DNA of 63,202 nt, the filler included, from Octopus bimaculoides (taxonomy: Eukaryota): assembly GCF_001194135.2 (NCBI RefSeq). It is 6 parts of 5 records of this genome, joined end to end, with 100 filler letters (N's around TTAATTAATTAA, not from the genome) between each part and the next. Parts side by side here need not be neighbours in the genome. Positions count along the whole stretch, not along the records: positions 52,389 to 54,740 come from NC_069005.1; positions 54,841 to 58,491 come from NC_068995.1; positions 58,592 to 63,202 come from NC_068984.1; 3 more parts are not named here. One strand, written 5' to 3'. The first letter of the stretch is position 1, and every line of letters starts with the position of its first letter. Shown here in pieces: positions 52,721-63,202 of the stretch. The notes beneath the pieces are model-generated. The model searched no databases. It had not been told where the DNA came from and worked only from the letters and a program-made list of their open reading frames with translations. The position numbers and the translations under genes are program-made.

Positions 52721-52959
52721 GTGTAGATGTAGATGTCTTCAAAACAAAACTGGATCTCCTCCTGTCAAGTGTTCCAGATTGGCCTACCTTACGGCAGGAA
52801 ACACAGATGAGAGCAGCAGCATCAAATTCCCTCATTTACCAAATGTCACATATCTGATGACGTTACAAATAATGAAGGTTTAGCAGAGCCAACGGTGGTG
52901 CCCAAGCATGATTGTAGCTTTGAATATGAAAAATTTTAAAGAGTTAAAGAGATTATGCA

Positions 52960-53285
52960 TATCCATGGTGCATTTCAGATGTTTATAGACATTTTTCAGA
53001 AGAGACATTTATTAATTTCAGTAAAGTACAAAACTCTGTTCTCCTTTAACGTAGGATTCTGAAAGTTCACTAGACTTCGTATTGCCTCTTGACACTTCAT
53101 GAACGCCCCATTGAAGTCTTCGAAAGTGACGGCATGAAGGACCATTCTCACACCTACTTCATCTTCAAACAACAGTTCCTGAGGTTTGTTTTCAGCTTGC
53201 GAATTAACCAAAATTCACAGGAAGCAAAATGATCTGGACTCTATAATATAAACAAAATGTTTCCTTCAAAAGAACATCGCGATCT
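52960..53285 (-). mobile_element. Mariner transposase C-terminal remnant and 3' TIR
   Basis: Reads SPDHFASCEFWLIRKLKTNLR (YSPDLAPCDFWLFPKLK-like), then VLHAVTFEDFNGAFMKCQE after a frameshift. Confidence 0.7.
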
Positions 53286-54740
53286 AAAAAAAAAACTATA
53301 GAACGAACTAGAACTATCAAAATAGGGGTATTGAGCAAAATCTACGGAATCAGAGAGAGATAACATGGTAATAACATATAGATTAATAAATGAACATAGA
53401 CTAATAGATATACAGTTTCACATTCTATAACATATTCCAATGATGAAACTAAATCAAAAAGCGTCATCGAACCATGTTCAAGGGAAAAAGCAATATCTAT
53501 TAAATATATGTCTTATAATATAATAGAAAATAAATTAGCCGAATAAATTGCACATTAACAATAAAAAGGAAATTAAAGAATTATAATAAAATAGATAGCT
53601 AATATATAGTATAATATAGATAAAATAAAAAATTTCCGAATTATAATAAATTTTTCAAACAAATAAAACAACCTAACTGCAAACAAACTGAATAAGTTAT
53701 TTATCAAACAACGCAAAATGCCTGTTACTTGGGAATTAAAAAAGTTAAACATCTTACTATTGAATACATACCGCCATAAAGAATTAAAACTAATATTTCC
53801 GCCTGAGTCCTTTAAACATTTAAAAATTATTAAAGCAAATACATCGTAACGAAAATATGATTCGTATAAGATAACGTAACTCCACACACAAATATATACG
53901 TATATATGTAAACAACGATACATTATTTTAAAATTACCCTTTCCTCGACCATTACCACCTCGTAATTCTCCCATCTGTAAACCGTCCTGCGTTCATACCG
54001 GCACCATCCACCATCCCGAAGGCAAATATCTCCAAAAAGTTAGATACATATACATATATACACGGACATATATATAGATATAAATATATACGTATATATA
54101 TANNNNNNNNNNNNNNNNNNNNNNNNNNNNNNNNNNNNNNNNNNNNNNNNNNNNNNNNNNNNNNNNNNNNNNNNNNNNNNNNNNNACATATATATATATA
54201 TATGCATGTATGTATATGTATGTATGTGTGTGTGCGTGTGTATATATTTATATGAGTGTGTGTGTGTGCGTATATACATATATATATATAAGTACATATA
54301 CATGCGTGTGTGTGTCTGTGTCTGTATATATATATATGCGCACATGCACACACAGTCAACTACGTCATTGAAGACTTATATTTTCATGTTATCTTGTGTT
54401 TATAATAATGTTCATAATTTGTTGTGTGCGGTTGTATAGTGACTGTTCTGTATATGTGCATGCTTAATGTGTATCCCTATGCATATACGCTCACTGATAT
54501 CAATATGCGTACAATAATCAACAATGTCAGTAAAGAAACTGAATGACAGGTTTGCAATGTCAACGGGCAGATAACGATGGCAAACGTACACAGTTCATTG
54601 CCATGGTAACCTGTAACCTTTTTCACATAGCTAATATACACATATATCAGATTACATACATATATACTTGCATATATACATATATGTGTGTGTGTGTGTG
54701 TATATATACATGCATATATATATATATATATATATATATA

Positions 54741-54840
54741 NNNNNNNNNNNNNNNNNNNNNNNNNNNNNNNNNNNNNNNNNNNNTTAATTAATTAANNNN
54801 NNNNNNNNNNNNNNNNNNNNNNNNNNNNNNNNNNNNNNNN
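54741..54840. other. Artificial scaffold-join marker
   Basis: 44 N + TTAATTAATTAA + 44 N. Confidence 0.95.
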
Positions 54841-54963
54841 TAAAAGACCGCTTCCTTCAAATCTTCCACCGGTTCTTTTGGCTAATTCCATCGATGTTAT
54901 TGGATTAGATATGTTTTTGTATAGGGAGCCCGGTGTAGCACATCCATGTTGTTATTCAGCCCG

Positions 54964-55007
<44 letters not shown>

Positions 55008-56910
55008 CATATATTTGAATTTTGCTTTGTATTTGCACAAGTTGACTCCAAGTCTCACCCAGAGACCTCAAGAGACAAATTAGAAGTTCAAGTTGGTGTT
55101 ATGACTAGGGTGCCATATATTTGGTTTTGCACAAAATTTCTAGACAATGTTTAAGAAAACATAAGAAAATTATAAGTTTGTTTTAGAATTTGAGATTGTT
55201 TTACGTAGGATATGGGTAGTTTCCATGAGCACTATTTTTTGAATTTCTTCCATTTTGGGATTTCCTGGTATCTGAGCTAGGTAGTAATCACCCCATTTTG
55301 CTATCATTCCTAAAGCACCTATGACAACAGGTATTGTTTTTGTCTTGAGGTTCCACATTTTGCCAATTTCTATTTCAAGATCTTTACACTTGCTCAGTTT
55401 TGGTAGGTTTTGACAGATACATTTATGTCAATTAGGACAGTCATATCAATGAGGAGGCATGATTTTCATGTTGAAGTCCTTCAATATAATGGCTGGCCTA
55501 TTCGCATCTATCTTTCTGTCGGTTTGAACGATGAAGTTCCACAGAAGTGAGATGTGGTCATTTTCAAGCAGTGGAGGTGGTTTGTGTTCCCATCAGTTTT
55601 TATCATGGGGCAGATCCAAGGTTTTGCAAATTACCCAGTGAATATACTGTGCAGCTCTATCATGCCTGTTGAGATATTCTGTAGGCGCAAGAAGATTGCA
55701 CATGGAGACAACATGATCGATGGTCTCATTTTGTTGTTTACATACACGACATGTTGGGCTACTGCTGTTTTTTAATATGTTGGCCTGGTAGCTCCTTTTA
55801 GGTAGGCATTGATTTTGGGCTGCTATGATAAACCCTTCTGTCTCTGATATTAAGCCAGAAGACACTAACCATTCATGGGTAAAGGCTTTGTCAACATCGA
55901 CATTATTAGCTCTCTTTTGGTATTTGACATTGAGAAGTTTTTCTTGCCATTTATCAGTAAGAATATCTAAGGCAGCAGTTTTAGCACGGGTTTTCATACG
56001 CTTAGCTTTTTCTGTGCTTGTTTCCAGTACATCTAATTCTGGAATTTGTTGTATTTGGAATTCATTTAGATATTTCTTTGCCTGTCTTGTTATGGAGTAT
56101 GATGTTTTCTTGTTTTCGTGCTTTAAGACAAGTTTTAACATCCATTCAGAGTTTTTTAGGTAGGTGTTCAGGCCAAATGTGGTATTCTTCATTGCTAATT
56201 CCAGCTGCAAAAGCCCACGACCACCTTTCTTGGCTGGTAAAGTCGTTCTACATCTGCCTTAGGGTGGTGCATTCTATGCATTGTCAACAACTTTCGTATT
56301 TTTCTATTAAGATTACATATTTCAGTAAATGACCAGTCAAATAATATTGAAACTGTAAGTCACGACTGGTATAGTTAAAGTATTGATAACTTCGATCCTG
56401 TTTCTTGCATTTACCTCTCTCTTGAGTATTGCCCTATCTTTTCTTATATTTTCCCTCATCATTAAATGTCTGATTCCATCATCTTCAAATACCCCTAGGT
56501 ATTTGTAGCTGGTTCTAACTCCTTTATGACATTCTGTTGGTCATTCTTTCTTTGGTAAAGGTAGCTTTCGCACATTTATCGAGGCCAGATTGCATCCTGA
56601 TGTCATCATTGAATTGTTTAACAATCGCTAGTAAGCCCTGTAGTTGTTGGTCGTTCTTTGCAAAGAGCTTTAAATCATCATTGTAAAAGTGATGATTTAT
56701 ATTTTTAATCAAACATTTTATAGCCATATTGTACATCATTGAGAAATTTCGAGAGAGATATTAAGGCTAGACAAATGGGGAGCTGTGATAGAGAGTCACC
56801 CTGGAAAATGCCACATGAAATTCTTACATCTCCAACATTGAGAGATTCGTTGCCACTGTTCAAAGTCAGAGCGGTTCAATAGTTTCCTTTCATGGCAGAA
56901 TTAATAGTAA
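55008..56910 (-). mobile_element. R4/Dong-like RLE non-LTR retrotransposon, 3' 1.9 kb, frameshifted, ending at (TAA)n
   Basis: GIFQGDSL and FYNDDLKLFAK (RT); ORF 55593-56210 with ETEGFIIAAQ...CRVCKQQNETIDHVVSMC (CCHC) and RHDRAAQYIHW; RLE region DANRPAII...KTIPVVIGALGMI; (TAA)n at 54965-55007. Confidence 0.92.
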
Positions 56911-57292
56911 AGATTATTGAAGCATTTTTATTTTATCAAATTTCCGGAGGGAAGCGCAGTCTTTCAGGATGATAATGCACCAATTAATACAGCTAAAGTT
57001 GAGCATCTTATCTGGCCACCACAGTCCCCAGATCTCAATATTATTGAACATTTATGGTGCATTTTAGAAAAACAAATAAGGAGTCAATATCCTCCACCAT
57101 TATCACTACAAGAACTGGAGACTGTTTTAGCTGCAGAATGGACAAAAATTCCTTTGGAAATAATTCAAGCTTTGTAAGAGTCCGTACCTCGTAGAATTGA
57201 AGCTGTAATTACTGCCAAAGGCAGTTCTACCCCATATTGAAATAGATTTGTTTGATATTTTAATGTGTTTCCATTATTTTCTCCAACCCTTG
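56911..57292 (+). mobile_element. Tc1 (DD34E) transposase 3' remnant with terminus
   Basis: VFQDDNAPINTA...WPPQSPDLNIIEHLW...VPRRIEAVITAKGSSTPY; ends ctccaacccttg|TA. Confidence 0.9.
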
Positions 57293-57335
57293 TATGTGTG
57301 ATGTATGTATGTATGTATGTATACACGCATATATA

Positions 57336-58491
57336 CAGGGTGTCCCAGAAATATCTACCCATGTTTAAAACTCAGGTAATATTATCTACATTTTACATAT
57401 ATCATTTGTTCATGTGTCTCATGTCCTGGACGTCTATAACAGATTTGTAAACAAACATGGCATCGGAAACAAACCGTGACGAGATTGTCGCTTTGAAAAC
57501 AGCTGGAATGAGCAGCGAGGACAAAACAAAACAGTTGAATGTGTGCCATAAAACAGAGTTCAATACCTGGAAACGATATATGGAGTTTGCTACTATGTCT
57601 AGCAAGCCAATTCCTGGAAGGAAACGATCAATTCGTACCAAACAAACTGTAGGAGCTGTGAACAAGCGAATGAATCATAATCCCCATAGGAGTGCAAAAA
57701 AAAACTGCAAAAGACCTTGATATTTCGAAATCGTCAATGCACAGAATTTTTAAAGACGAATTAAAGCCAACTGCATACAAGAAACAACCCTGGCAATTAA
57801 TTTCAGCAGCTTCCAAGAAGAAACGGTTCGATAGGGGTAAGACCATGTTAGCTGAGGTGAAGCTCACCGCTAACAAAGTGTTGATCTAATCCGACGAGAT
57901 CGTCACTGTGGAAGCAACTACCAACAGGCAGAATAGCAGACTTTATGCACGTAATGCAGAAGGCTTGCCTGAAGACAGTAGGAGACTTGCCCGAAGGTAG
58001 CAGGAGTCATTCACGCCGTCAGAAGCCAGCTTCTTTCATTGTGTGGACTGCAGTTGCATCTGATAGATCGAAGTTTCCATTAATCTTCATCGATGCTGAC
58101 GTCAAGTTCAACAGTGTCGTTTATGTGGCAATGTTGGATGAGAAAGTGTTACACTGGGTCACAGAAACCTTTGGTGACCGTTACATCTTCACTCAAGGCG
58201 GGGCTGCGGCCCACACATCCACTTTAACACAGAGGTGGTGCAAAGGGCATTTCAGTGGCTTTGGGGACAGACATCAATCCCATTGACTTTGTTATCTGGT
58301 CCATCTTAGAGAGTAATGTTTCTTCTCGCTCCTATTCAAATATGTCAAATTTGAAGAAAACCCTTCTCTCTCAATGGATCAAGTTGGATGAGGAGGTGGT
58401 ACAGTGCTCATGCAACTCAATGACTAATCGTTTGCAGGCTATGGTCAAGGCGAATGGTGCTCAATATGAAATGCAATTACTACAATGGATT
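57336..58491 (+). mobile_element. Nearly complete but disrupted maT/DD37D-like transposon
   Basis: TA|cagggtgtcc terminus; HTH ORF 57457-57720, then SDE..., FIVWTAVASD, FTQGGAAAHTS and INPIDFVIWSILE across frameshifts. Confidence 0.88.
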
Positions 58492-58591
58492 NNNNNNNNN
58501 NNNNNNNNNNNNNNNNNNNNNNNNNNNNNNNNNNNTTAATTAATTAANNNNNNNNNNNNNNNNNNNNNNNNNNNNNNNNNNNNNNNNNNNN
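58492..58591. other. Artificial scaffold-join marker
   Basis: 44 N + TTAATTAATTAA + 44 N. Confidence 0.95.
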
Positions 58592-59340
58592 ATATTAAGA
58601 AAGCATTAGTAAATAATATAGGGAAAAGAATTTCAGTACTTTCTTCCAACTATGAGATATTCAATAAACATGCACCATATTATAATGAAGCACTTCATAA
58701 GGCGGGATATAATCATAATATTAAATTTTTCAACAATTCTAAATATAATTATAATTTAAAAGATAACTTAAATGATGAATACACCTTCTATTATAATAAA
58801 CACAGTATTCAGAATCACATAAAGCCAGAGATAGGTAGTAATATGAACAAAAAACCTCATAGTAATAATAATAATAAGAATAAAATATGGCTAATAATTC
58901 CCTATGGGATACAAGTAAAAGCTAACATTATTAAAGAGATTTTAAATATAATTAAGATATTTATTAAAGACAACAAGAAATATAAGGACACATTTTCTAG
59001 CAATAATTTTGGAGTTGGTTACTCTTCCACTAATAATGTTGGTAATATCATTTCATCCTTTAATAAATTTAAATTAAATAAGTTTGTGGCCCAACATATG
59101 AATTCTTTTAAGAACAGAAATTTCATGAACTCTACGGGCCTTAGTAAATACATTTGGGAACTTAAATAAAAAAGAATAGAATACGAGTTAAAATGGGAAA
59201 TAGTTTGCAAGGCTAAATCATATAGATAGTGAATAAATTCTGCTTATTATGTACTAACGAATTTAAAGAGATATTATTAACTAATAAAAAATTGATTTAA
59301 CTCCCACGTTGAACGTAATATTAAATGCAGACTACTTAAA
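58592..59340 (+). mobile_element. Penelope-like retroelement (Neptune-type) RT thumb/linker and GIY-YIG remnant; AT-rich 3' region extends to about 60700
   Basis: KRISVLSSNYEIFNKHAPYYNEALHKAGY; KIWLIIPYG...VGYSSTNNVGNIISSFNK; HMNSFKNRNFMNSTGLSKYIWELK..YELKWEIVCKA; the zinc-finger/GIY start appears deleted. Confidence 0.85.
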
Positions 59341-59530
59341 CCTAGGATTAGGTACCAACTTATAATTATGATCAGTAGCGTGAGATACATCAAATTAGCT
59401 TTAGAATACACTTTAATCATCTCGATGTTATACAAATTGGAACATATAACTACCTTTACTTTAAGTATTCATCGATAACATGAGCAGTCTTTTACAATGT
59501 TTCATAACATGATTTAAGTAATATATAACT

Positions 59531-59939
59531 TTCGTATTTGGTATAGTTATTATTCTGCGTAAATCTGAGAGTTTTAAGTATTTTAGTATTATAAATCTTC
59601 AATAAACTCTTTATTTTAGGTAGATTTTCTTTTTCAATATTTTCGTTATTATTTTAGTAATTATAACACGTATTTACCTCTGATAATGGACGTCATGCTT
59701 ATCACGTGACTTTTCAATATTAATCTTCATAGCATTATTTACGTAATATAGTATTTTCGTATGTCTATAGTTATTACTCTGCGTTAATTTGCAAGTTTAA
59801 GTATTTTACTATTTTTAATCCTCAGAAAACTTTTTATTTTAGGTAGATTTTCTTTTTCGATATTTTCGTTATTATTTTAGAAATTATAATACGCATGTAT
59901 TTCTGGGTAATAGACGCCATATTTATCACGTGACCTTTT
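59531..59939 (+). repeat. Diverged tandem duplication (about 184-bp unit, 225-bp period) in the PLE 3' region
   Basis: Both copies contain tttattttaggtagattttctttttc(a/g)atattttcgttattattttag and ttatcacgtgac. Confidence 0.85.
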
Positions 59940-61153
59940 AGTATAAATTCTATAACACAGCCATTTTGATTTAGTCTATATTTACGCACCGGCAGATAAG
60001 TCATGTTTTCTTATTTTAATTTTAATTTTATAAACAATATTGACATTCGTCTTTTAGTAACTTTATACACTAACACATTGTTTTACTATTATCTACTTAT
60101 TCTATAATGTTTTAACCTTGTTTACTATAATACTCTTTTTCAATATTTTTAGATTGTAATTATATTAATACCGTTAATATAGGGATTAGTTTACAGATTT
60201 TGTCTCTTTATATATATTTTTTTATTTCTCATGTTTATGTTTATTCCTTGAATGATTTTAGGTATTTTTTTTAGGGATTATTTAAAATTATTTCCCCGTT
60301 CTAATGAACTCGGATATTATATAGTCCTATAGTTCTAATGAACTCGGATTCTATATAGTCCTATTTCAGCCATGAAATGCCCGTAGTCTATATACTAGCA
60401 CTAACTTTTTACATCTATACTTCTATACTGTTTATTATCGTATTAATTTTTACTGTCCAATTTATAATTTTAACTTTAAAATTTTTTAAAATTAATATTT
60501 CTATGATTTATTTATATGACTTATATGATTTATTTATGTAATATATTATTTAATTAAAATTTTTATATTAAAATCTTAGATATATTAAGATGGTATATGC
60601 CTCACAGCATGGATTTGGACGGGTTCTAAGTTGACGTAGTTGTAGAGTGGTGGTTTGTCTCTACATTAGTAATATACATATATATTATATATTAGGAAAC
60701 CCGGTGTAATATCATACCAATTTTTGCCTGTAAGGTTGGAATAAATTTTTTATTCCCTAATATTATATATATATATATATATATCAGTATCACGTCCTCA
60801 CGTTGTTGTTTTTTGTTATTGCTTTTTGTCTTNNNNNNNNNNNNNNNNNNNNNNNNNNNNNNNNNNNNNNNNNNNNNNNNNNNNNNNNNNNNNNNNNNNN
60901 NNNNNNNNNNNNNNNNNNNNNNNNNNNNNNNNNNNNNNNNNNNNNNNNNNNNNNNNNNNNNNNNNNNNNNNNNNNNNNNNNNNNNNNNNNNNNNNNNNNN
61001 NNNNNNNNNNNNNNNNNNNNNNNNNNNNNNNNNNNNNNNNNNNNNNNNNNNNNNNNNNNNNNNNNNNNNNNNNNNNNNNNNNNNNNNNNNNNNNNNNNNN
61101 NNNNNNNNNNNNNNNNNNNNNNNNNNNNNNNNNNNNNNNNNNNNNNNNNNNNN

Positions 61154-61217
<64 letters not shown>

Positions 61218-61439
61218 TGTGTGTGTGTATGTTTGTGTCTGTATTTGTCTCCCCACCTTTGCTTGACAACCGACATTGGTGTGCTTACATCCCCATAACT
61301 TAGCAGTTTGGTAAAAGGGACTCGATAGAATAAACACTAGGCTTACAATGAACAAGTCCTGGGATCGAATTGTTCGACTAAAAGTGATGCTCCAGCATGG
61401 CTGCAATCAAAAGAATAAAGGAATACACAGACACACACA

Positions 61440-61665
61440 GAGAGACACACACACATACATACATACATACATACATACACACATGTATACACACTCTCTC
61501 CCTCCCTCAAACACACACATATATACATACATATATACATACATACATACACACATGTATACACACTCTCTCTCTCCCTCATACACACACACACATACAT
61601 ACATATATACATACATACACACATGTACACACACTCTCTCTCTCTCCTTCACACACACACACACA
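61440..61665 (+). repeat. Higher-order microsatellite-derived tandem repeat (about 60-70 bp, three copies)
   Basis: Recurring catacacacatgta(t/c)acacactctctc. Confidence 0.8.
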
Positions 61666-61689
61666 TGTGCTGCGCAAATACATGCATGC

Positions 61690-62310
61690 ATACACTCACA
61701 CATTTTTCTTTAAGTATCTGTGACCATGTTGCAAGATGCTCTGCCTCTTCCAAAGTCTCTTTTCTCTCATCAACTTCCTTTGAATCCTTGATTTCATGTT
61801 GTGGACGTCTCTAAAATATAACATCTGATATGACCTGCTGCGTAGCTCAATAGTAGTCAGCCCCAAAACCACCTGTAAATTGCACAATATTAGCAGTGAT
61901 AGGTGAAATGCTGATATATATTTCATCTTTGGTCTTGTCATGAGATATTTAGAGCTCTCGTGAGAAGCATGGCATGAAAATCATCATGGCAGTCACAAAG
62001 TTTCTTTTCCATATTCCAGTTTTCAGCTGCACAGAAAAAACACATTATTGATATGCCCCGAAGAAGGCAAGATTTCTTGACTTTGAAGTACTTGACTGCC
62101 AGGTGTTTTGAAGTTTGTCCCTTTCATGTGATGAAGTATTTCTTATTGTCAGCAATATAGGACTCAAGGTGCTTGAACTCACTGACTTTCTTGAGTTGGA
62201 TGCCCTCACCAGAACAAATTAGCTCTTGGCTTTCATCCTCATCAATGGTTATGTGCTATGTCTTCTCTGCATTGAGAAATTGACTGACTTTGGCTGCAAC
62301 CTTCTCAAGT
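61690..62310 (-). mobile_element. RTE-type LINE RT C-terminal remnant (sense segment of a 5'-inverted insertion)
   Basis: LEKVAAKVSQFLNAEKT...VSEFKHLESYIAD...AAENWNMEKKL...LLTRALNIS. Confidence 0.8.
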
Positions 62311-62399
62311 GATTTTTTATCTTTTACTTGTTTCAATCATTAGATGGCAGCTATGCTGGAGCACTGTAATGTTAACAAACCGTGACTATCATGTAAGGA

Positions 62400-62630
62400 A
62401 AACCTATCAAGCTTTGTCAAAAATAAGTTGGTTTAACTAAAGTGTTTTCACACAATAGCAAGGGTTCTTCAGAGAGACACTTTAACTCCTTTCCTGAGAG
62501 CAATATTAGAAAAGTGTTGACCCCTACCTGTCCAAGTAAATGACTTCACCATCAAGCAAAAGCTGTCAAGATGTCAGCAGGGTCAACATTTACCTGACCT
62601 TTACAATGCTGATGATTTTAACCTGGCCCC
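62400..62630 (+). mobile_element. Inverted upstream RT segment of the same LINE
   Basis: Plus frame: IARVLQRDTLTPFL...FTIKQKLSR...LPDLYNADDFNL (GVLQGDTLAP and YADD motifs). Confidence 0.75.
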
Positions 62631-63052
62631 GTCCTCTCATCTATCATCAACATTATCATCATCACCAGTGTTGTCACCAGCACCACTATCATCACCATCA
62701 CCTCTGCCACCACCTGTACTACCATCATGACCATCATCATCACCACAACAACCACCATCACCACCACTACCACCTTCAATGTCACTGTTGTTACCACCAC
62801 TGCTGACCACCACCACCACCACTGTTAGCACCATCATCGTCACCACTACCACCATCATCATCATCATCACCATTACCACCATCACCTTCTCATGTTGGTC
62901 TGGGGGTGAAAGGATTGTTGTTGCTCTCCTAAAGGGATTGGAGGACCACGTCTCACTTGTAAATTTCAGTTTTGGCTTGGTTGCTGAGGCCGGATACCCT
63001 TCCCAGCATCAACCATTTTACTGAGTGTACTTGATGCATCTTTTGTAGTAGC

Positions 63053-63097
<45 letters not shown>

Positions 63098-63098
<1 letters not shown>

Positions 63099-63202
63099 GG
63101 GTTGGACGACTTGACTGAGGACTGGTGAAACCGGATGGCAACACCAGGCTCCAATCTAAATTTGGCAGAGTTTCTACAGTTAGGAAGGGCATCCAGCTGT
63201 AG
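63098..63202 (-). mobile_element. Family D copy with an internal inversion junction at about 63179
   Basis: 63098-63179 matches 2129-2207; 63179-63202 equals 79-102 (opposite orientation). Confidence 0.8.

Noticed and set aside
52996-53211. Apparently complex ORF downstream of a polypyrimidine-AG (possible host exon)
   Set aside because: In-frame stops follow the AG in all three frames, and the sequence is explained as a frameshifted mariner C-terminus.
53300-53990. AT-rich region resembling a reverse-oriented PLE 3' region
   Set aside because: Only compositional similarity; no protein or ribozyme motif could be confirmed.
54596-54610. RFX X-box-like ATTGCCATGGTAAC
   Set aside because: A single site with one mismatch and no associated gene start; similarly the E-boxes at about 47411-47452 are not supportable alone.

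Overview
Draft-assembly eukaryotic DNA, very probably from a coleoid cephalopod (Octopus-like, judged from recalled repeat families). It is AT-rich, has many N gaps and is dense in microsatellites. Five artificial 100-bp join markers (44N+TTAATTAATTAA+44N) split it into six segments whose adjacency is not sequence-supported. No convincing host protein-coding gene was found: most listed ORFs are microsatellite translations and the rest are decayed transposon ORFs. The transposons comprise Tc1/mariner (maT-like, mariner, Tc1), RTE-type LINEs (one 5'-inverted), R4/Dong-like RLE retrotransposons abutting (TAA)n, two Penelope-like (GIY-YIG) fragments, a Helitron-like 5' end and several tRNA-derived SINE families. 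The most interesting signal is a dispersed set of minimal type I hammerhead-ribozyme motifs of the Penelope-associated kind, with a self-complementary stem III and an extra nucleotide after A9. One has an intact CUGAUGA core (15254-15301). Two unrelated repeat families carry the same non-canonical core CUG-U-NGA (A6U). Several motifs are built into small foldback elements made of two inverted ribozyme-bearing arms. All structures were folded by eye and need computational and in vitro confirmation.
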